Below are positions 1 through 10,563 of a stretch of 64,000 nucleotides of DNA, in pieces. How positions within the stretch are numbered: position 1 is the stretch's first letter; the number at the start of each line of letters is the position of its first letter. Under the pieces are notes generated by a model that did no database searches, was not told where the DNA came from, and saw only the letters and a list, made by a program, of their open reading frames with translations. The stretch is from a virus. The position numbers and the translations under genes were made by a program. Where the stretch lies: IMG/VR virus record IMGVR_UViG_3300032053_000032, positions 21,028 to 85,027 of that record. One strand, given 5' to 3'.

Positions 1-1581
1 ATGATCATGTACGGTACCGTCGACAACTGGTCGGTGGAGCATGACGAGAGCGGCAGCACGATCTCGATGGACGGCCGTGACCTGCGCGGGCTCCTGCTCG
101 ATGCTAAGGTCCCGATGCAGAAGATGGCGGACCTCCAGCTCGACAAGCCGATCGACGAGGTCGTGAAGGCGATCCTGCACACGCTGCCGTCCGAGGTAGA
201 CCTCAGCCTGTTCGTCATCTGCAACCAGGAGGAGTGGGGCGGCGTCATCCCGTCCCCGGTCGACAAGGACGGGCTCACGCGTGTCCGTCTCAAGGCGGAT
301 GGCGCCGGCACAGGGCAGTCGTCTGGCGCGGGCGCCGGGCAGGACAAGCTCTCGTACTGGGACATCATCACCAGGTACACCGGGCTCGTCGGCGCGGTCC
401 CGTACTTCCGCGGGCAGTACCTGTGGATCCGGCCGGCGCGCCGGCTGTACGACATGCTGGAAAACCCGAAGACGCGCACTCCGTTCGCGGACGGCGAGGC
501 GCGCACGGTCACCTCCGTCGGGAGCGATGGGGCTGCCATCGTCGAGAAGATCCGCATCCGCCGCCTGGTCTACGGGCGCAACATCTCCAAGCTCTCGTAC
601 GAGCGGAAGTTTGCGCAGGCATGCCCGATCGTCGAGGTCGTCTCGCTCGACGACTCGGTCCGCGGTGAGGGGAAGCTCCTGCTCGCGCAGTGGCCCCCGA
701 AGGGCTCGCTCGCGGCAATCCTCAAGGGCGACACGGACGAGACGTCCAACGCTGTGGCGGACCCGACCGGGGCGGCACCGAAGTCGAGCAGCAATACGGG
801 CGGCGCGAACCGCACGCGCATCAACGTTCCTGGGATCCGCTCGATGGCGCGCCTCACGGCCATCGCTCAGGACATCTACGAGGAGATCGGGCGCGGTGAG
901 ATGGGCGGCAACTGCTCCACGCGCGCGCTCACCTCGTTCGGCGGCGACTCGCTCGACCCGGACATGCTGCGGCTTCGCCCGTCCGACGGCGTGGAGTTCC
1001 TCGTCGACAAGCGTGCCCTAGCGTCCCGGCCACCTCTCGCTGCCGCCCAGCTCATCGAGAACACGCAGATGCCCTTTGAGGCGCTCGTGCAGAAGGTAGC
1101 CGGCACGCTCCAGGGCGGAAGGTCAGGCCAGAAGCCGGACACGAATCTCGCTCGCGTGCTTGTCGCGACCGCGCGCTCCGCGATCGTCGACAGCATGCGG
1201 TTCTTCCGTGTCTCCAACGTGAAGTACAACTGGGCGGCGTCGGTCGGACAGGGCGGTGGCGGTGGCGTGGACATCGCGTTCGACTTCCAGAACTACGTCG
1301 TTCCACGCCACAAAGCTTCGACAGCACCGGAACCAAAATACACGGCCAACGCGAAGGTCACGCCTGTGCAAATCCAGGGTGATATAAATTTCCTGCAACA
1401 ACTTGCTCAGCAGTTTGGAGTAGCCGCGTACAAGAAGGGCATCTCGCGCCCTGGTAGTGCGGAGGAGGGGCACGAGTTCGGTGTAGGCGACTCTGTTGAA
1501 GAAGGCATCCGCCTGAAAAAAGAGGCGCTTCAGGATACGGTATTCAACGCAAACGTGGGCATCGGGCGGGGGCTCAGGTAG
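1..1581 (+). CDS. Baseplate hub/tail protein (Mu gp44/P2 gpD-like), probably 5'-truncated by the window
   Basis: N-terminal 'GTVDNWSVEHD..TISMDGRDLRGLLLD' is typical of hub proteins; first gene of the baseplate block. Confidence 0.7.
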   Translation: MIMYGTVDNWSVEHDESGSTISMDGRDLRGLLLDAKVPMQKMADLQLDKPIDEVVKAILHTLPSEVDLSLFVICNQEEWGGVIPSPVDKDGLTRVRLKADGAGTGQSSGAGAGQDKLSYWDIITRYTGLVGAVPYFRGQYLWIRPARRLYDMLENPKTRTPFADGEARTVTSVGSDGAAIVEKIRIRRLVYGRNISKLSYERKFAQACPIVEVVSLDDSVRGEGKLLLAQWPPKGSLAAILKGDTDETSNAVADPTGAAPKSSSNTGGANRTRINVPGIRSMARLTAIAQDIYEEIGRGEMGGNCSTRALTSFGGDSLDPDMLRLRPSDGVEFLVDKRALASRPPLAAAQLIENTQMPFEALVQKVAGTLQGGRSGQKPDTNLARVLVATARSAIVDSMRFFRVSNVKYNWAASVGQGGGGGVDIAFDFQNYVVPRHKASTAPEPKYTANAKVTPVQIQGDINFLQQLAQQFGVAAYKKGISRPGSAEEGHEFGVGDSVEEGIRLKKEALQDTVFNANVGIGRGLR

Positions 1582-2238
1582 ATGCTGAGCAAGACGCGAG
1601 TCTCGAACACGATCGACACAGGCCGCCTGAGTCAGGCCGTGTCGCGCCCAGGCATTGACCCCCGCACGTGGGTTTGGCCGGCCATCGTCAAGAAGGTCAC
1701 CATCGACGCGGACCACGGTGTCTTCCTCGACGTGCTCCTGCTCCCAGATCAGCTCCCGGAGACAGCCCGCTACGCGCCCATCTACTCGGGCAGCGGGTTC
1801 GGGCTCTACTTCCCGATCGAGGTCGACGACGAGATCATCGTAATGGCTCCGCACGGGAACCCGGACGAGGGGCTCATCGCGATGCCCCGCCCGTGGTCGG
1901 GCGCCGACAAGCCGCCGGCCGAGATCTCCGGCAAGCCTGCTGACCTACTCCTGCTCGCCAAGGACGGCGCCACCGTGCGCGTGGCTGTCCAGGGTACGGG
2001 GAATATCGTGCTCGATCCGCGCGGGACCGGGAAGGTTCTCCTCGGTGGTGAAGCTGGAACCTCGCCCGTGTCCCGCGTCGGCGACTCGATCAAGATCCCT
2101 GGAGCTGGGCCGAATTTGCTCTCGCTTGGGCTTCAGGCGCAGCTTGACCTGCGCTACACCATCCTGAACCCAGCATCTGCACTTCTCGATATCTCGGGCA
2201 CGATCACGAGCGGGGCGTCTAAGGTGGAAGCCAAATGA
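1582..2238 (+). CDS. Baseplate spike/assembly protein (gpV/gp45-like)
   Basis: OB-fold-like 'GFGLYFPIEVDDEIIVMAPHGNPDEG'; C-terminal 'VSRVGD..GTITSGASKV'; synteny. Confidence 0.75.
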   Translation: MLSKTRVSNTIDTGRLSQAVSRPGIDPRTWVWPAIVKKVTIDADHGVFLDVLLLPDQLPETARYAPIYSGSGFGLYFPIEVDDEIIVMAPHGNPDEGLIAMPRPWSGADKPPAEISGKPADLLLLAKDGATVRVAVQGTGNIVLDPRGTGKVLLGGEAGTSPVSRVGDSIKIPGAGPNLLSLGLQAQLDLRYTILNPASALLDISGTITSGASKVEAK

Positions 2239-3050
2239 CCTGGGGCATCTTCAGTTGGGGCACGAGCCCATTCGGCGGCCCGCCCGTCGGCATCCACATC
2301 GCCTCGGCGGTCGCGACCAGCACGAACACCGTGCTCGTGTCGCTCACTGCGCCGCCTCTGGCTGCATCCGGCTTCCAGATCGGCGCGTCGCCGAACCCCA
2401 TGACGTGGACGCTCGTTCGCCTCGACAACGGTGCCACCCTGCCGGTCATGGCAGCCCGCCTCGTGGGGTCGATGCAGGTGGAGCTGTTCACGCTCACCCA
2501 GCTTGCTGATCAGCGCGTTCGTCACCGCGTTGGGAGCACAACCCTGCTCTCCGCAAGCGGCGCGATCATCACGCTACCCAACAGCGCGGACTTCGACGGC
2601 GTTATCCGCGCGGACGTCGAGACGAACGCCAGGAACGCCAAGCGCACGACCTCGCAGCGCGACCTCCACAACGTCCCCACCCCGACCAGCAACTCGGTTG
2701 GTGGCACGCTCAGGATCGGGCGCGACGGCGACTATGAGACGGAAGGCGGCACAGAGCTGCTACGGAAGCTGATCATCCGCCGGCTCGTCACCGCTCCTGG
2801 CGAGTTCTTCCACCTGCCGGATTACGGGCTCGGCATCAAAGTGAAGGAGGCCCCGCCGGGCGGGAGCATGACTCGCCTGAAGCAGGAGATCATACGGCAG
2901 GTCCAGCTCGAACCAGAGGTAGCCGAGGTCGGTGCGCAGGTCACGATGTCGTCGGACGGCCTGCTGTCCGTCCAGCTCCTCGTTCGCACCGTGAGGGGCG
3001 AATCCGTGGAAGTCTCGGTCAAGCAGGGCCAGAATGGGGTGCAATTCTAG
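2235..3050 (+). CDS. Baseplate wedge subunit (gp25/gp46-like C-terminal domain) with N-terminal beta-rich domain
   Basis: 'IIRRLVTAPGEFFHLPDYGLGI..LEPEV' matches the gp25/gpW motif. Confidence 0.75.
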   Translation: MTWGIFSWGTSPFGGPPVGIHIASAVATSTNTVLVSLTAPPLAASGFQIGASPNPMTWTLVRLDNGATLPVMAARLVGSMQVELFTLTQLADQRVRHRVGSTTLLSASGAIITLPNSADFDGVIRADVETNARNAKRTTSQRDLHNVPTPTSNSVGGTLRIGRDGDYETEGGTELLRKLIIRRLVTAPGEFFHLPDYGLGIKVKEAPPGGSMTRLKQEIIRQVQLEPEVAEVGAQVTMSSDGLLSVQLLVRTVRGESVEVSVKQGQNGVQF

Positions 3051-4262
3051 ATGGGCTTCCCGACCAGGCAAGACTTCGTACGGATCTCCCGCGACGAGAT
3101 CCTGTCCCAGAACTCCGCGCTCGCGCTCGACGCCGTGGACCGCGACGGCGCCGACGCGAACGTCATCGTGGCCGCCATCTCCGCAGCGGCGGACGAGGTC
3201 ATCAACCAGCTCGCCGACGTCGAGGCCGGGCAGTTCCTCGACAGCGCGGAGGGAACCAAGCTCGACCGCTGGGTGTTCGACCGCTACCAGCTCGTCCGGA
3301 AGCCGCCCGCGCCGGCGTTCGGCTCGGTCGAGTTCAGGCTCGCGGCGGCCAACCCGGCAGCATTCACCATCCCTGTCAGCTTGGTCCTGTCCACCTCCGA
3401 CGGGCGCCAGTACGTCACGACCCAGGCCACCGTTTTCCCGCTCGCGTCGCTGGGCCCGATCGTCGCCCCCGTGCGGAGCGTCCTCGCCGGGCTGAAGCAG
3501 CAGGCGGCCGCCCTCGCCATCACGAGCATCGTGGGAACCATCTCCGGCTCTCCCGCTGGGATCACGCTGAAGAACAGCCTCGCTACGGCCGGCGCGGCGG
3601 ACGGCGAGAAGGACGCGGACCTGCGCGACCGCGCGCGGCGCTTCTTCACGACGGCAGAGAAGGGAACGCTCAAGGCGATCGAGGCTGGGGCGCTCGCGGT
3701 AGCCGGGGTGCGGCGCGCGACCGCGCTGGAGATCATCGACGTGTCTGGACGCCCCGCGCGCGTCGTCCAGCTCATCATCGCGGACGGCTTCACGGACGCG
3801 CTCGCCAACCTCGGAGCGAACCCCATCTCGTACCAGACGCAGAGCCAGCAGCTCGCGCTCACCGTCTTCAACTCGCTCTCGAACGTCCGGGCAGCGGGCA
3901 TCTACGTCCAGGTGCTCGTGGCGCAGATCATCCTCCAGCCGGTTCTGCTCAACCTGCACTTCCAAGCCGGCGTGAACGTGGACCTCGTCGCGAACACGAC
4001 GCGCTCCACGATCGTCGCCTTCGTGAACAACCTCGCGCCGGGTGCGACGCTCGACCCGGCCGACCTGCTCACCGCGATCAGTACGGTGCCTGGCCTCGAC
4101 ATCAAGGGCGACGAGATCCAGAGCCCACCCGGCACCGTTGACCCGACACCGCTCCAGGTGATCCGCACGATGCTCGCGCTCGTGTCTGCGTCCGTCTCCA
4201 GCGGTACCCAGATCGGACTCTCCGCGAACCCGGATGTCGCGTTCATCCTGGGGGCGACGTAG
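3051..4262 (+). CDS. Baseplate J/gp47 protein
   Basis: 'FLDSAEGTKLDR', 'GAADGEKDADLRDRA', 'VAGVRRA' motifs. Confidence 0.9.
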   Translation: MGFPTRQDFVRISRDEILSQNSALALDAVDRDGADANVIVAAISAAADEVINQLADVEAGQFLDSAEGTKLDRWVFDRYQLVRKPPAPAFGSVEFRLAAANPAAFTIPVSLVLSTSDGRQYVTTQATVFPLASLGPIVAPVRSVLAGLKQQAAALAITSIVGTISGSPAGITLKNSLATAGAADGEKDADLRDRARRFFTTAEKGTLKAIEAGALAVAGVRRATALEIIDVSGRPARVVQLIIADGFTDALANLGANPISYQTQSQQLALTVFNSLSNVRAAGIYVQVLVAQIILQPVLLNLHFQAGVNVDLVANTTRSTIVAFVNNLAPGATLDPADLLTAISTVPGLDIKGDEIQSPPGTVDPTPLQVIRTMLALVSASVSSGTQIGLSANPDVAFILGAT

Positions 4263-4266
4263 GCGC

Positions 4267-5469
4267 GTGACCACCGACTTCCCCATCGGCGACTCGCCGT
4301 CCGACTGCTCGCCTCTCGCGCTGGCGCAGCAGGACTTCCTGGACCTGTTCGACCGCATCCTGCCCGAGAGCTACCTCGGGCCGATGAAGAACGGCGAGGG
4401 GCCGGGTTACGAGGTCTTCAAGGCGCTCGCGAAGGTATTCGCGCGGGCGTCCCTCGCGGTCGGACGTGCCGAATGCACGGCGCTCCTCCTCGCGGCCACC
4501 GGCCCGCGGTACTCGACCGGCGTCGTCGAGTTCTACCGATCCGTGACGACCGCCGGGAGCCTGGTCATCAAGGCCGGTACGATCGTCACCACGTCCAAGA
4601 GCGGCCGAGATTTCGCCGTGGTTGCGGACGTCACGATGGCTGGGCTCACCATCTCCGCGAACGTCCAGGCGCTCGTCGCGAGCTACCAGTGGGACGTGAC
4701 CGGGCAGGTGATCATCTCGCAGGGCGTCCTGCCAGGCGAGATTGACACCGTCAAGTTCCCGATCCAGTCCAGCCTCGCCCCGGCGCGCCTTGGCGACCCG
4801 TACGCCGACCCGACCGTGATGGTGCGGCAGTTCGCAACCTTCTCCGGAGGCTTACCAGCAGCGCTTGACCAGCTCGGGTCCGACCGCGGGATCGATCGCG
4901 TGCCAAGCGAGACGGACAGCCACTACCGGGCACGCGTCCGCTCGCTCCCGCAGGTCATCACGCCGGACGCGATCGAGAGGGTCCTCGTCGACCTGCTCAG
5001 CCCGCTCGGGATCGCGTTCGACCTCATCGAAACATGGGCGCCCGCGTACCAGACGTGCTGGTTCAGCGACAACTTCGACCCCTCTGCGATCCCGATCACC
5101 TCGGGCTTCGATTCCAACAACTTCTGCTGGAGCGACCCGCGCGCCGCATACCCGTTCCGCGGGCGCTGGCTCTCGCAGATCGACATGGCCGGCGCGTTCA
5201 TCGTGGTCCTGCCAAACCTCCCGGCGCTGCTCAACCAGGGGATGGCGTGGAACGACCCGGCGAACGATCTCGCCGCCCACACGGATACGCAGGGCTCGCG
5301 CGCGTACACCGTCTGGAATATGCCGGACAGCCCCGTCGCGGCGATGGTGCAGGGCGCGTGGAACGGCGACGACTACCAGAAATCGGCCTTCTACCTGAAG
5401 GTCATCGACATCCTGAACGCGATCAAGGCCGGCGGCGTGACGGTCGAGGTCGTGGTACAAGGGCAGTAG
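4267..5469 (+). CDS. Baseplate wedge protein (gp48/gpI-like, with J-like segment)
   Basis: 'ALDQLGSDRGIDRVPSETDSHYRARV' and terminal 'IKAGGVTV'; GTG start just after the J stop. Confidence 0.65.
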   Translation: MTTDFPIGDSPSDCSPLALAQQDFLDLFDRILPESYLGPMKNGEGPGYEVFKALAKVFARASLAVGRAECTALLLAATGPRYSTGVVEFYRSVTTAGSLVIKAGTIVTTSKSGRDFAVVADVTMAGLTISANVQALVASYQWDVTGQVIISQGVLPGEIDTVKFPIQSSLAPARLGDPYADPTVMVRQFATFSGGLPAALDQLGSDRGIDRVPSETDSHYRARVRSLPQVITPDAIERVLVDLLSPLGIAFDLIETWAPAYQTCWFSDNFDPSAIPITSGFDSNNFCWSDPRAAYPFRGRWLSQIDMAGAFIVVLPNLPALLNQGMAWNDPANDLAAHTDTQGSRAYTVWNMPDSPVAAMVQGAWNGDDYQKSAFYLKVIDILNAIKAGGVTVEVVVQGQ

Positions 5470-5478
5470 GAGCACAAC

Positions 5479-6702
5479 GTGGCAGACGCACCGTGGGACC
5501 GCACTATCATTCAGGCGCTTGAGCGCCCGATCTGCGACGACATCGATCAGGCGCAGTCGCAGATGGACGGCGCGCTTCGTGAGGTGCTCGACCGGATGCT
5601 CCTCCAAAGGACGTCGATCGCAAACGACGTCGGAGCGTGGAACAACAACGCCGCGGTCTTCTTTGGTGACGGCTTCAAGGTCCGTCCGGTCGCGGCTGCC
5701 CTCCAAGTGTCCGTCACCGCCGGGCTCGGCGTCGTGGTCGACACGACCGACGTCCCGATCGCGATCGGCGCTGGCATTGCTGGTGCCGCGGTTCCTGGCC
5801 TCGACGACCGCTCGCGTCTGAAGCCGCTCCCGCTGGAAGCGAACGCTGTCTTCAACATCCCAGCTCCCCCCGGCGTCGGGCTTCAGCGCTTCGACATCAT
5901 CGAAGTGAAGCAGAGCCGCGTCATTACGAACGCGACCGCGCGCGCCGTCCTGAACACGGGCACAGGTATCTTCGCGCCGAACGTCGTGAACAAGACGCTG
6001 GAGTTCAAGCTCGACGGGCACGTGGGAACCGTCGTATCGCCGGCTGTGTCGGTTCAGTCGCTCGGCTACAAGCAGGGTGCGGCGGCGGCCGTGGCCGTAT
6101 CACCGGCCGTCTCGCCTGGCTACACGATCATCGCGCGCATCCTCGTCATAAACGGCGCTATCAACGTCGATAACGGCGTCATCCAGGACCTCAGGTCGCA
6201 GGCTGCATCTGGTGGGATGAGCCGTGTCGGGCTGCGCTTCACGATGCCGACGACGGGCGCTGCTGTGGTTCCCACGATCACCAACCTGATCGCCCCTGCA
6301 GGGGCGGTCGCGGTGGTGGTAGGGCAGGCGTCCGGCTTTGCCTCGAACGCGACCTCAGCTCAGGCCAACGTCTACATCATAGGCGCCGCCGTGGCGGGAG
6401 CGAACAACGCGATCACCGTGAACAGCGAGCACGTCAACACGCCAAACACCGTGTACGTATCGTCTTTCAACGTCTCTCCGCTCGGTGTTCTTGTACAGGG
6501 AATCACAGCCGCGGAGAAGGCAGAAATTGAGGGAGCCAACGCGAGCCCTGCTGGCCTCAAGGTCGCCGTGGGCCAACCGCGGCTGGCCTTCCGCGTGTTC
6601 TCGAACGCCCTCCTGAACGGTGGGTCCGTGCGCAGCATGGACGGGTCGCTCGGCGACCCGAACCCGATCCCGTACCACGTCCAGATCGTGGGCGAGAGGT
6701 AG
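5479..6702 (+). CDS. Tail fibre/baseplate-attached structural protein
   Basis: Position after the wedge genes; 'LQVSVTAGLG..PAP..RFDII' fibre N-terminal pattern; AGGAG RBS. Confidence 0.6.
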   Translation: MADAPWDRTIIQALERPICDDIDQAQSQMDGALREVLDRMLLQRTSIANDVGAWNNNAAVFFGDGFKVRPVAAALQVSVTAGLGVVVDTTDVPIAIGAGIAGAAVPGLDDRSRLKPLPLEANAVFNIPAPPGVGLQRFDIIEVKQSRVITNATARAVLNTGTGIFAPNVVNKTLEFKLDGHVGTVVSPAVSVQSLGYKQGAAAAVAVSPAVSPGYTIIARILVINGAINVDNGVIQDLRSQAASGGMSRVGLRFTMPTTGAAVVPTITNLIAPAGAVAVVVGQASGFASNATSAQANVYIIGAAVAGANNAITVNSEHVNTPNTVYVSSFNVSPLGVLVQGITAAEKAEIEGANASPAGLKVAVGQPRLAFRVFSNALLNGGSVRSMDGSLGDPNPIPYHVQIVGER

Positions 6703-6705
6703 CCG

Positions 6706-8340
6706 ATGCCGGCAGCAGTCATCAAGATCAACGGCGTCGTCGGCTCCAACGATGACCTTCCGATCAATGTCCTCGTGCTACTGGATAACCAGAATGCTGG
6801 AGGTGAGATCACCTACCTCTGGAGTATCGTCGATCAGCCGCTCGGCGCCGCCGACGCGCTCTCCGCTACGAACATCCAGAACCCGACCTTCACCCCGAAG
6901 AAGGAGGGCACCTACCTCCTCAAGCTGGTGGTGAACCAGGCTCTTGTCTCCGAGGTCACAGACACCAAGATCGTCGGGATCCGCCAGGTCAAGAAGCCCG
7001 CTCTCCGTATTCCAGCTGCTGGGGAGACGCTAGAAGATGGAACGACAGGGTGGGCCCCAGCGGTTGACGCCTTCCTGCGCACGATCGACAGCGTCCAGGC
7101 AGATCCTGGAGTCCTCGTTGGCGTGAACGGCGGCGGAACCGCACTGGCAGCGGGCGTCGTCTACTGCGTCCGCCCGATCGGAATCACGAGCATCAAGCTC
7201 GGGCTCCCTGGCGAGGAGACGTTCGTCCCAACTTTCGCCATCGCTCTCGCGACACTGGCGCAGCAGTTCCTTGAAGGTCCGCTCTATGCCGCGGAAGGTG
7301 GTGTAGACGGCGCTCCGGCCGGCGCTGGCATCCTCATGCGCGTCCGCCGATTTGGGCGCATCGCGTTCCCGATCACGGCCTTGGCTGGAAGCGTGCTCGG
7401 CGACCCCGTGTTCCTACAGGACGACGGGACGATCAAGCCTGGCGTGGTCGGTACCACCTCACGCCGAGTTGGCACGGTGACCCGCGTCATCACGCCAACT
7501 ACCTACGCGGTCGACTTCGATGGATCCACGCTTCCAACGCGCTCGCAGATGGGGCCGCTCAAGTTCAGCGGGTCGTTCCCGACTGCCGATACCAACATCG
7601 GTGGGGACACCTTCCTCGCTGGAAACCTGGAAGTAGGACTGACCCTCGACGTTGCCGGTGCCGCCACGTTCGATGCCGGCCTGGCCGTTGTCGTCGGAGA
7701 CGCCACGTTCATCCAGGGAGCAACGCGCCAGAACGTCACCAAGAGCGGTGGCGGGCTCCTCGGACTGGAGACAGCGACTGCCGATCCGGTCAACATCGGG
7801 ACGAACTCCGTGGACCGCTGGCAGGTGAAGGCAACAGGCGAGCTGGCTAGCGTCGGCGGCAACCGCCAGATCCAGAACGTCCTCGACCCCATCGTAGCCC
7901 AAGATGCCGCAACCAAGAACTACGTCGACACGGTGTCCTCGAAGCTTAGGCAGACGCTAACGACAGAGATCACGGTCGACACGACAACGGCTAGCGCCGT
8001 TTTTGTAGCGTTTCTGTCGCAGGTGATCACGATTGCCGCCGGTTCCAAGGTGATGATCTGGTTCTCGTTTGGAGGATCTAACAGCACAAACAACAACGGT
8101 TTGGCATTTCGGATCCAGATCGATGGCGTGACGAAGCGCGGCACGGCTGCATCTACGATCTCCCCGGCCGGCGCCACCGAATCTGGTGGCATAGTTCAAG
8201 AGATTTCTGGCCTCGCTGTCGGTGTGCGAACTGTTACCGTTCAGTGGCGTGCGACCTCCGGCGGGACTGCTCAGGTTCGTCCAGTTACTGTTCCTGACTT
8301 TGAGCACGCCACCCTCGTCATTGCTGAAGTCACCGCGTAA
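6706..8340 (+). CDS. Tail fibre protein with N-terminal PKD/Ig-like domain
   Basis: 'TYLWSIVDQP..NPTFTP..EGTYLLKLVVN' Ig/PKD pattern; 'DAATKNYVD' fibre motif. Confidence 0.7.
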   Translation: MPAAVIKINGVVGSNDDLPINVLVLLDNQNAGGEITYLWSIVDQPLGAADALSATNIQNPTFTPKKEGTYLLKLVVNQALVSEVTDTKIVGIRQVKKPALRIPAAGETLEDGTTGWAPAVDAFLRTIDSVQADPGVLVGVNGGGTALAAGVVYCVRPIGITSIKLGLPGEETFVPTFAIALATLAQQFLEGPLYAAEGGVDGAPAGAGILMRVRRFGRIAFPITALAGSVLGDPVFLQDDGTIKPGVVGTTSRRVGTVTRVITPTTYAVDFDGSTLPTRSQMGPLKFSGSFPTADTNIGGDTFLAGNLEVGLTLDVAGAATFDAGLAVVVGDATFIQGATRQNVTKSGGGLLGLETATADPVNIGTNSVDRWQVKATGELASVGGNRQIQNVLDPIVAQDAATKNYVDTVSSKLRQTLTTEITVDTTTASAVFVAFLSQVITIAAGSKVMIWFSFGGSNSTNNNGLAFRIQIDGVTKRGTAASTISPAGATESGGIVQEISGLAVGVRTVTVQWRATSGGTAQVRPVTVPDFEHATLVIAEVTA

Positions 8341-8351
8341 GGAGTACAGGC

Positions 8352-9248
8352 ATGGGAGCTACTTTTCCGGCGGTCACGTACCGCTACAAGTACGTCGGGG
8401 ATCTCGGGAGCATCGTCACCGCCGCCGTCCCCAGCGCGCACCTTGTCTCCATCGACAGTGACTCGTATGTTGACGTTGCGGTACCCAAGCCGGACAAGGA
8501 CAAGCTCGACGCTGCCATGCAGCAACTCGGCTTCCTGTTTGACAGCGTCCTGCCGCCAGCGCCGCCAGACCTGAAAGCCACGATCGACGCGCCGAGCCCC
8601 GACATCTGGGCGTTCGGATCGGCCGATTCGGCCACGTCGATGCTCGCGTGGCCAGGTGCCGTTCCGACCAAGCTGGAGTGGCTGGAGAACGAGTCGCGCG
8701 GGCGCAAGGTCCTGGAGATCACGCACCTCGTCCCCACCGTCCTGTTCGGTGGCGTGCTCGCCTTCGCGCCAACGTCCCAGTGGGAGGGCGGTGACCTCGC
8801 GGAGCTGTCCCTGCTGCTCCCGGCAACGGTCGTCACGCCGAACGCCGGATCTGGCTCGTGCAAGCTCATCAACACAGGCAAGGGATTCAGCACCATCCTC
8901 CCCGCTGCCGGAGACGGTGACCACGACGTCGATCTCTCTACCGCGGTCCCGGTCCCTGTCGAGGAGGGCAAGATCGGCGAGTGGGCTGTGGACCAGGTGA
9001 CCGGGAACATCTCGTCAGCCCTTGGGAGCGGGAAGTACCACCTACTCGACACGACCATGGAGATCGCCGGCGTGCGCGTAGGCGGAATCCACCCGTCTGC
9101 TGGTGCCCAGCAGCAGTCCTACGTCATCTTCGCCTCGCTGGACACGCCAGTCAAGATCCACCCGAGCTGGAAAGTTCACTTCTCGGTCACCAAGAAGTCC
9201 GCAGGTCCCGGCACCGTCTCGGTGTGGGCCATCGCGACGAAGATCTGA
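8352..9248 (+). CDS. Putative virion/tail-associated protein
   Basis: AGGAG RBS; in the tail operon. Confidence 0.5.
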   Translation: MGATFPAVTYRYKYVGDLGSIVTAAVPSAHLVSIDSDSYVDVAVPKPDKDKLDAAMQQLGFLFDSVLPPAPPDLKATIDAPSPDIWAFGSADSATSMLAWPGAVPTKLEWLENESRGRKVLEITHLVPTVLFGGVLAFAPTSQWEGGDLAELSLLLPATVVTPNAGSGSCKLINTGKGFSTILPAAGDGDHDVDLSTAVPVPVEEGKIGEWAVDQVTGNISSALGSGKYHLLDTTMEIAGVRVGGIHPSAGAQQQSYVIFASLDTPVKIHPSWKVHFSVTKKSAGPGTVSVWAIATKI

Positions 9249-9258
9249 GGAGGAGGTA

Positions 9259-9576
9259 ATGGTCGCTGGCGTCGTGATCCTCGTCGGGTTGCTCGCGGCG
9301 GCCGCCGTCGCGCTCGTCGTCATCGGCGCGTCGCAGCTCCAGGCGAAGCACGCGCTCGCCCAGAGCTTGAGCAACGCAGGCACCGTGGTGGTGATGGCGA
9401 TTCTCTTCCTGTTGGTGATCGGGATCGACGTCTGGCTCGCGCTCGACAAGAAGGTGGGAAACACCTACAGCGAGCGGATCCGCGCGTGGGGCAAGATCTG
9501 GCCTCCGTTCCGGCTGATCCTCTCCTTCGGGATGGGCGTGCTCGCCGGACACTGGTTCTGGGGCTCGGCGAAGTAG
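9259..9576 (+). CDS. Small membrane protein with about 3 TM segments (holin-like)
   Basis: GGAGG RBS before ATG 9259; three hydrophobic stretches. Confidence 0.55.
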   Translation: MVAGVVILVGLLAAAAVALVVIGASQLQAKHALAQSLSNAGTVVVMAILFLLVIGIDVWLALDKKVGNTYSERIRAWGKIWPPFRLILSFGMGVLAGHWFWGSAK

Positions 9577-9641
9577 ATCTCGCGCACGCGGGAACCCTCG
9601 CGTGCTAGCCTTGTGGCTACACCTCACCAGGAGTAGTCGAC

Positions 9642-10244
9642 ATGGCCCGCAGCAAGCTCACGAACGTATCTCCAGGGCCGGTCACGGTCCCCCCTCCGTT
9701 CTCGCGCATCCTCGGCTCCGAGCGGTCGCTGATCATCGGCGCCAGTGCTGCGGACGTCTACGCTGCCTTCGATGGTGGCGCTGCCGCGGTCGCGGGGCTC
9801 CTGCTCGTCGAGGACACCGACCCGACCAGCCCGGCCGACATCGCCGCGCTACCCGATCAGAGCAAGACGGGGCAGGTCACCGTCACCGCGGCCACCTTCG
9901 GGAGCGGGCTCGGCGCGAACAAGTACGTCCCAGGTCCCGGCGTGAAGGCGTTCATGGTGCGCGCCCGCGTCGCGCTCCTCGGCACGGCCGGCGCGACCCT
10001 CGGCCAGGGAGGTGGGTTCGAGCTGATGGGCTCCTTCTCGGTGAACGCGGCCGGGGTGCTCCAGCAGGAGGGCACGACCACTGTCGTCCACTCCAAGGCT
10101 GACGCCGGGTTCAACGTCGCAACCGTCCCGACCTTCGACGCGACCACGCTCACCACGGCGCTCGACATCCTCTGCACCAACGGGGCAGCGGGCGAGACGA
10201 ACAAGTGGGCCGTCCTGCTTTCCATCTCGCCGATCTCGGCGTAA
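9642..10244 (+). CDS. Putative virion protein sharing an N-terminal module with 12701 and 15458
   Basis: AGGAG RBS; 'MARSKLTNVSPGPVTVPPPFSRIL' aligns with the paralogs. Confidence 0.6.
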   Translation: MARSKLTNVSPGPVTVPPPFSRILGSERSLIIGASAADVYAAFDGGAAAVAGLLLVEDTDPTSPADIAALPDQSKTGQVTVTAATFGSGLGANKYVPGPGVKAFMVRARVALLGTAGATLGQGGGFELMGSFSVNAAGVLQQEGTTTVVHSKADAGFNVATVPTFDATTLTTALDILCTNGAAGETNKWAVLLSISPISA

Positions 10245-10254
10245 GGAGTCGACC

Positions 10255-10563
10255 ATGTTCGCGACGATGCAACTGATCGACGTCAGCGCCGTGCTGGCCT
10301 ACACGGCGAACCCGCAGTCGGACCTCTCCGACAAGCTCGGCGCGAGCGCGGTCCTCGACTACACGCTGATCGTCGAGAACGCCGCCGGTGATGCGGTCGT
10401 GAACTTCAGCGACGACGGCGTGCGCGACATCGGACAGCTCAACGCCGCCGGGCCGAACAAGGGACTCGGCTTCGTCGACGACATCAAGAGAGTCTGGCTC
10501 AAGAAGATGTCGGGCACGAACCCGATCAGCGTCCGCGTGATCGCCAAGCGGAGAGTCCAGTGA
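10255..10563 (+). CDS. Hypothetical small beta-rich protein
   Basis: AGGAG RBS; coupled to the next gene. Confidence 0.55.
   Translation: MFATMQLIDVSAVLAYTANPQSDLSDKLGASAVLDYTLIVENAAGDAVVNFSDDGVRDIGQLNAAGPNKGLGFVDDIKRVWLKKMSGTNPISVRVIAKRRVQ

Noticed and set aside
2760-4358. Long antisense ORFs (also 4852-6021, 22710-23867, 52585-53991, 62627-63577)
   Set aside because: Shadow frames of real high-GC genes on the opposite strand; Arg-rich and without motifs
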